Positions 59,616 to 64,000 of a stretch of DNA of 64,000 bases are shown here, piece after piece. The stretch is from Lepidodermella squamata (taxonomy: Eukaryota > Animalia > Gastrotricha): assembly GCA_047495785.1 (NCBI GenBank), contig JBLDXI010000033.1, positions 62,001 to 126,000 on the forward strand, in the 5' to 3' direction. The stretch's first letter is position 1; each line of letters opens with the position of its first letter. Made by a program: the position numbers and the translations under genes. The notes under the pieces are model-generated. The model saw only the letters and a list, made by a program, of their open reading frames with translations, was not told where the DNA came from and did no database searches.

Positions 59616-60908
59616 TCAATCAATATTTGGTCGAAGGTGCATCAAGTGGACTTGGCCACTATCAGCCGCTACAACGATTGGTAAAGTAGGATGGCAGGAG
59701 ACGAAATTCAGTTTTGAGCGATCACTCATTTCATGCCTTAGTTGAGTACCTCGAAAATTCGGGAACTTTTGCCCGATTTCTCGCTGGGCTGAGTACAGCA
59801 GTATTCCGCCGTCAAACCAGCCTTTGCCCATGCCGAATAAGTAAGAATCAGGACCGCTAGGCTGCCAGGTAGGAGGGTATCGCCCATTGTCATTGGCGGC
59901 TTGGTAAAATGGAACCAATTTCGATTCATCCCACCGCCATAAGTTAAGAAATTTTCCGCCGGCTGATAAAATAATTGACGGATCATCAGGGTGAATGAAA
60001 GCCCGGAAATTCTGGTCCTTTCTCACATCAATTGAAATGAGATTACTTTTCTTGGCATCGCCTGAAGAAGACATTTTTCGCACATCATACAGTTCCATCA
60101 GCCCCATTGTACCAGTGCAAAGCAAATTTGCGCCTGAGTGAACAGAAACTGAGTTGTAGGTTTTTCGACCGATTTTGAATTCTCGCGAAGTTTTTGAACG
60201 TCTGTCGTAATGACAGATAACACCATCATCAAGCGAATACCATAGGTCATTAGACGAAGCGATGCTTATCGAATTAATGCGATGGTCACGGTGATAATTC
60301 AACTCCTGGAAGCCGCGATCAAGTCGATCCAGATTCATCTGAAATGCGGGAAATTTATAAAATTATAGAATGAATTAGTTATCCCTTACTTGATAAAGAC
60401 ATCCATCCCTGCCCGTTGCGAGCAATTCACGTGAAGAAACCAATGCTAATTGATAAATCGGTTCGGAGCAGATATCAAAGCTGTATCGCTGAATCCCGAT
60501 TGTCGGACCGAATCTAGGTGACTCGACGACCACCGCGACTTTTCCTGATTTGCAACCAACAAATGCAATAATAGCCTCTTGGCTAGGGTAGACGAGTAAG
60601 GACGAAATGGAAGTGACATACGGCAGGCGGAACCTCGTCACCGATGAAATGTGATAATTTTGAGGATAACCGGCGGTGTCTTTGTTCAAATTCACCGCTC
60701 CATCTGGTTCGTAGCAGTATTTTCCTAAAGAGTCACTGACTTCTTCAAATGAGTTGAATTTCGCGACTCTACTCGAAGAGGGCTTCTTTGAACCGGATGG
60801 CTGTATTTCAGCTCTCAATTCAGCTGCGATACTTCCAATATTTAGCGACCCCAAAAATTCTCGTCTGGCTTTCAAAATGTCATCGGTCCAGTTTATGTAA
60901 TCACCCAT
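59616..60908 (-). CDS. WDR76: WD40 protein, WDR76/Cmr1-like; intron 60339-60389
   Basis: N-terminal ILKARREFLGSLNI; LVYPSQ...VGCKSGKV; ELYDVRKM; NDNGRY...TWQP; C-terminal CHPTLPIVVAADSGQVH. These resemble WDR76/Cmr1 from memory, but the protein is divergent. Confidence 0.65.
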
Positions 60909-61031
60909 CTTTAAAATCCCTATAGCATACGAATTCACGACAGTTTTTCATAAGCTCATCGAGTAGGTCAGGGCATCCAATTTTCGCACGCCGTTTAAAC
61001 AAAAATATGGTATAAAACCTTTTTTATTTAT

Positions 61032-62186
61032 TCAAAACACACCGTGCTTAAACATCGTATCAAAAGCGTAAATAAGGATTCCAAGAAAACTCAGAAAAGC
61101 AACAGCAAACATAGCTTTGTCGAGCAATCGATGAAGCGGAATAGTAAACCGAAAACACTGCAGTTTCACCGGAGTTAAGAAGTGGTCTCTCTTCGCTTTT
61201 GAATAGCCGCAGCTGATCAAAAAATAAACTGTACAGGCCCAGGAGAATAGCTGACACAAATCAGCGAAATTCAGGATGAAAATTTGCTCAGATTTAGGCG
61301 GCACCCTGTCTAAAATCACACCTTGGAAGAACGTATGGGCAAGGACGATGGAGATGCCAAACATGGGTCTATCAGGAAGGGATGGCGACATAGCGAAAGC
61401 TACTAGCACGAGGAAAGATAGAAATATGCACGGAATCATTATGTGAAATATGTAGTATGTAGGCTTCCGACGAAACTCAATGATGAAAGCAACTTCACTA
61501 TGGTTGGAATGATCAATTTCAACCCAAGTGCGCTCATGATCCAGATTAAAAACCTGCCATTTTTCATTCGAGTTGGGAAATTCCGCTGCGGTAAGAATTT
61601 CAGGTTTTTCAGTAAAAATAACAGATTCAGCTGCTTCTTGCATAGTGAAGACGAGCTTGCATCTTTGTTTATCGAAAGGAAAATAAGTGTAGTCCATTTT
61701 ACAATGAGATTGAAAGGCGCCGTGACGTATCCACGTGAAGCTGAGAGATGAATCACTCTCCGAAGTTTCCAGAAAGAACCGATTCGAAAATCCTTCATCC
61801 ACGCCAAAATTTCTCGGCGCCTGTTGCTGGTTGATTATAGGTTTCCAAATCGCGTCCTTATCAACGTAAAGTAACTTTGAACTGTTGACTTGGTAATCCG
61901 AACAAACAACGGGCCACTCAAGCTCCAAGTAGGCAGTCAAAGTGAAGTGTTCAGAAATGTCGTCAATTTCACCTAGATGTTCAGGTTCGAAAGATATCGC
62001 CACATTGGTGGAGTCACATATACCACCTTCACCAGGGCCGAATACACAGGATGGAGCGCAAACTTCTCTCGACAAATTCGGGCACTTCTTTAGTAAATCT
62101 ATCGTCCAGCGATTAGAGACATGTACCAACTCGTTAGCCATCCCCAATGTCATCAAAAGCGAGTACAAGATCAATGCCCTACTCAT
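61032..62186 (-). CDS. Intronless atypical Cys-loop ligand-gated ion channel subunit 1
   Basis: 384 aa with a signal peptide, IWKP, Cys-loop CKMDYTYFPFDKQRC, FRRKP-M1, four TM segments and a short M3-M4 loop. Confidence 0.9.
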   Translation of the reverse strand: MSRALILYSLLMTLGMANELVHVSNRWTIDLLKKCPNLSREVCAPSCVFGPGEGGICDSTNVAISFEPEHLGEIDDISEHFTLTAYLELEWPVVCSDYQVNSSKLLYVDKDAIWKPIINQQQAPRNFGVDEGFSNRFFLETSESDSSLSFTWIRHGAFQSHCKMDYTYFPFDKQRCKLVFTMQEAAESVIFTEKPEILTAAEFPNSNEKWQVFNLDHERTWVEIDHSNHSEVAFIIEFRRKPTYYIFHIMIPCIFLSFLVLVAFAMSPSLPDRPMFGISIVLAHTFFQGVILDRVPPKSEQIFILNFADLCQLFSWACTVYFLISCGYSKAKRDHFLTPVKLQCFRFTIPLHRLLDKAMFAVAFLSFLGILIYAFDTMFKHGVF

Positions 62187-62706
62187 CTTCTGACGAATAT
62201 GAAGGACTTATTAATGGAACCGCAGCTTTTAGCATCTAGATGTGCTTACGCATCTGCGCAAAAAACGTATCTATTATGTGCGCTTACAGACAGGTCCTTC
62301 GTCGTGTTCTGTCGTGTCAAGAGGCGTATTTACCCAGACATCAAAAACCAGAAAATGCTTATAGCGGTTAACCATTGCACTATTGTTACCAGAAGAAAAC
62401 AAACTAGAACGAGGGACACATGCATAACTTGTGTTTAACCTCAGAATAGTCTTGGGCTGTTCCACGGAGGCCTTAACTAGTGGCTCGAGTACAGAATTTT
62501 GAGTTCTACAAATTCCAAGGAGCTTTCATCGCTTTTCATCAAAACGAATCCTTATAGTGCAAGAGGACCGAATCAGTGAAATATCTGAGATTTCGAGATT
62601 ATTTAGAAAAATAGATAAACACGAGGTAGAGGAATTATCGAAGCAGTCAAATCAAAAAAAAAAATTTCGAACGTAAATCAAGTTTATTCAACTAATCACC
62701 GAGTAA

Positions 62707-63876
62707 CTAGCTTGTAGATGCTACCGAAAATGCGTACACATTAACACCGATGAGACTAGCTAACACAATCATAGCGGCAACAAAATCTATAACTGAACAG
62801 TGTTTAATTCTCAACGGTTTTCCTTTCCATGAAATGAACCGAAATTCAAACTTCCCTAAGAACCATTTAAAATCATTCGCAAAGCCGCATGTTAACAAGG
62901 CGTAGATAGTACAAGCCCATGAGATAATCACACAAATATCGCAATAATTGCTCAGAAGAATTCGAGTCGGTTTTTTAGGCACTTCACTCGAAATTTGCGC
63001 TTGTAGAAAAGTTAGCGCAAGAAGAATTGTCATTGTAAAAGCTGGCCGGTCCGGAAATTCCGCGTTCATTGCAAATGAAAATAATTCCAGAGAAGTCAGT
63101 AGCAAAGTAGGCGCCATCAAGTTGTAGATGAAGTATTCCGGTTGCCTTCTGAAAAATAACGTGAAAATTGCGACGCTTCGATTGCCCTGCATGTCCATAA
63201 TCGACCGACGAACGGTGGAATTCAGTACAGTCCAGCCTTGTCCCGGTCTGATAAAATCTGGCTGGAATTTCAGGGTGGGCTGAAGAAATCGCGCACCATT
63301 ATACGCCTCTTGCAGCATGAGAATGATCGAACATTGCTGCTTGTCAAACGGGAAATCGTCGAGATCCATCGAGCATGACGAAGAGAAAATACCGTATCGT
63401 TGCCAGACAAATAGTAATGTGTAATTTTTAACCATGTCACAATACATCCTGCTCGAAAAGCCTTCGATCATTCCGTAATTATTCGCCGTATTTTTGTGGT
63501 TCACTCGCGGCTTCCACACCTGATTTTCGTCAACGTAAAAAATCATTTGCAACCCGGGCCAAAAGAAATTCGGACAAGGAGCTTCCCAGCTGAGACGGAG
63601 AGACCCAGTGACAGTCCATGTTTCATGAACCTCGTCGATTCCGTAGAAATTTTCGATTATTAGAACAGATGTTATGTTTGTTAGATTGCACCTCGGCCAA
63701 CCGATTCCGAAGTCAAAATCGCAGTCAAAACAGTTGGGCACGTAAGATTGAGTCGCAACATGGCTACAGTTGGTCAGAAGTTCATTTAACCGATTTGGAG
63801 GGCCAATTTCAAACAACTGGCCCGATGATAATCGAAAAAATATGAACAGAAAGGTATGTATGACGGGCGATGCCAT
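62707..63876 (-). CDS. Intronless atypical Cys-loop ligand-gated ion channel subunit 2
   Basis: 389 aa with a signal peptide, VWKP, Cys-loop CSMDLDDFPFDKQQC, FRRQP-M1, four TM segments and a short M3-M4 loop. Confidence 0.9.
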   Translation of the reverse strand: MASPVIHTFLFIFFRLSSGQLFEIGPPNRLNELLTNCSHVATQSYVPNCFDCDFDFGIGWPRCNLTNITSVLIIENFYGIDEVHETWTVTGSLRLSWEAPCPNFFWPGLQMIFYVDENQVWKPRVNHKNTANNYGMIEGFSSRMYCDMVKNYTLLFVWQRYGIFSSSCSMDLDDFPFDKQQCSIILMLQEAYNGARFLQPTLKFQPDFIRPGQGWTVLNSTVRRSIMDMQGNRSVAIFTLFFRRQPEYFIYNLMAPTLLLTSLELFSFAMNAEFPDRPAFTMTILLALTFLQAQISSEVPKKPTRILLSNYCDICVIISWACTIYALLTCGFANDFKWFLGKFEFRFISWKGKPLRIKHCSVIDFVAAMIVLASLIGVNVYAFSVASTS

Positions 63877-64000
63877 AAGTTCTTAGGTTATAATAGCAAT
63901 CAAATATGGTAATCTTCACTAATTTTTAGTCGTAGGATTTGATGGTAATGCGATGTCATGTTAATGACCATAATTAAACATTAAACAATTCATTAAACAA

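Noticed and set aside
1-64000. CRISPR arrays, rRNA, tRNA and prokaryotic operons
   Set aside because: The sequence is eukaryotic with spliceosomal introns. I saw no repeat-spacer pattern and no recognisable structural RNA gene.

Overview
Compact invertebrate (eukaryotic) genomic DNA with mostly 45-60 bp GT-AG introns. From left to right: (1) the 3' end of a CR1-type LINE. (2) WDR35/IFT121 on the minus strand, carrying two lesions: a very young 1.73 kb non-autonomous LTR element inside a coding exon and a separate frameshift. The element has no tRNA primer site but has a Tf1-like self-priming complement. (3) A tightly packed plus-strand cluster HACD-PAAF1-TRMT1-COX5A. (4) A 3 x 3443 bp tandem triplication, each unit carrying an intronless divergent class C (GABA-B-like) GPCR. 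(5) A ~33.5 kb minus-strand array of nine RING-B-box-coiled-coil (TRIM-type) genes that end in long ankyrin-repeat domains, in three subfamilies, with gene-conversion tracts and two orphan first exons. (6) WDR76. (7) Two intronless atypical Cys-loop receptor genes. Short intergenic distances and unpaired AG acceptors just upstream of start codons suggest operons resolved by trans-splicing. The strongest candidates for something undescribed are the TRIM-ankyrin family and the self-priming mini-LTR element. All homology calls are by eye or from memory; no searches were run.
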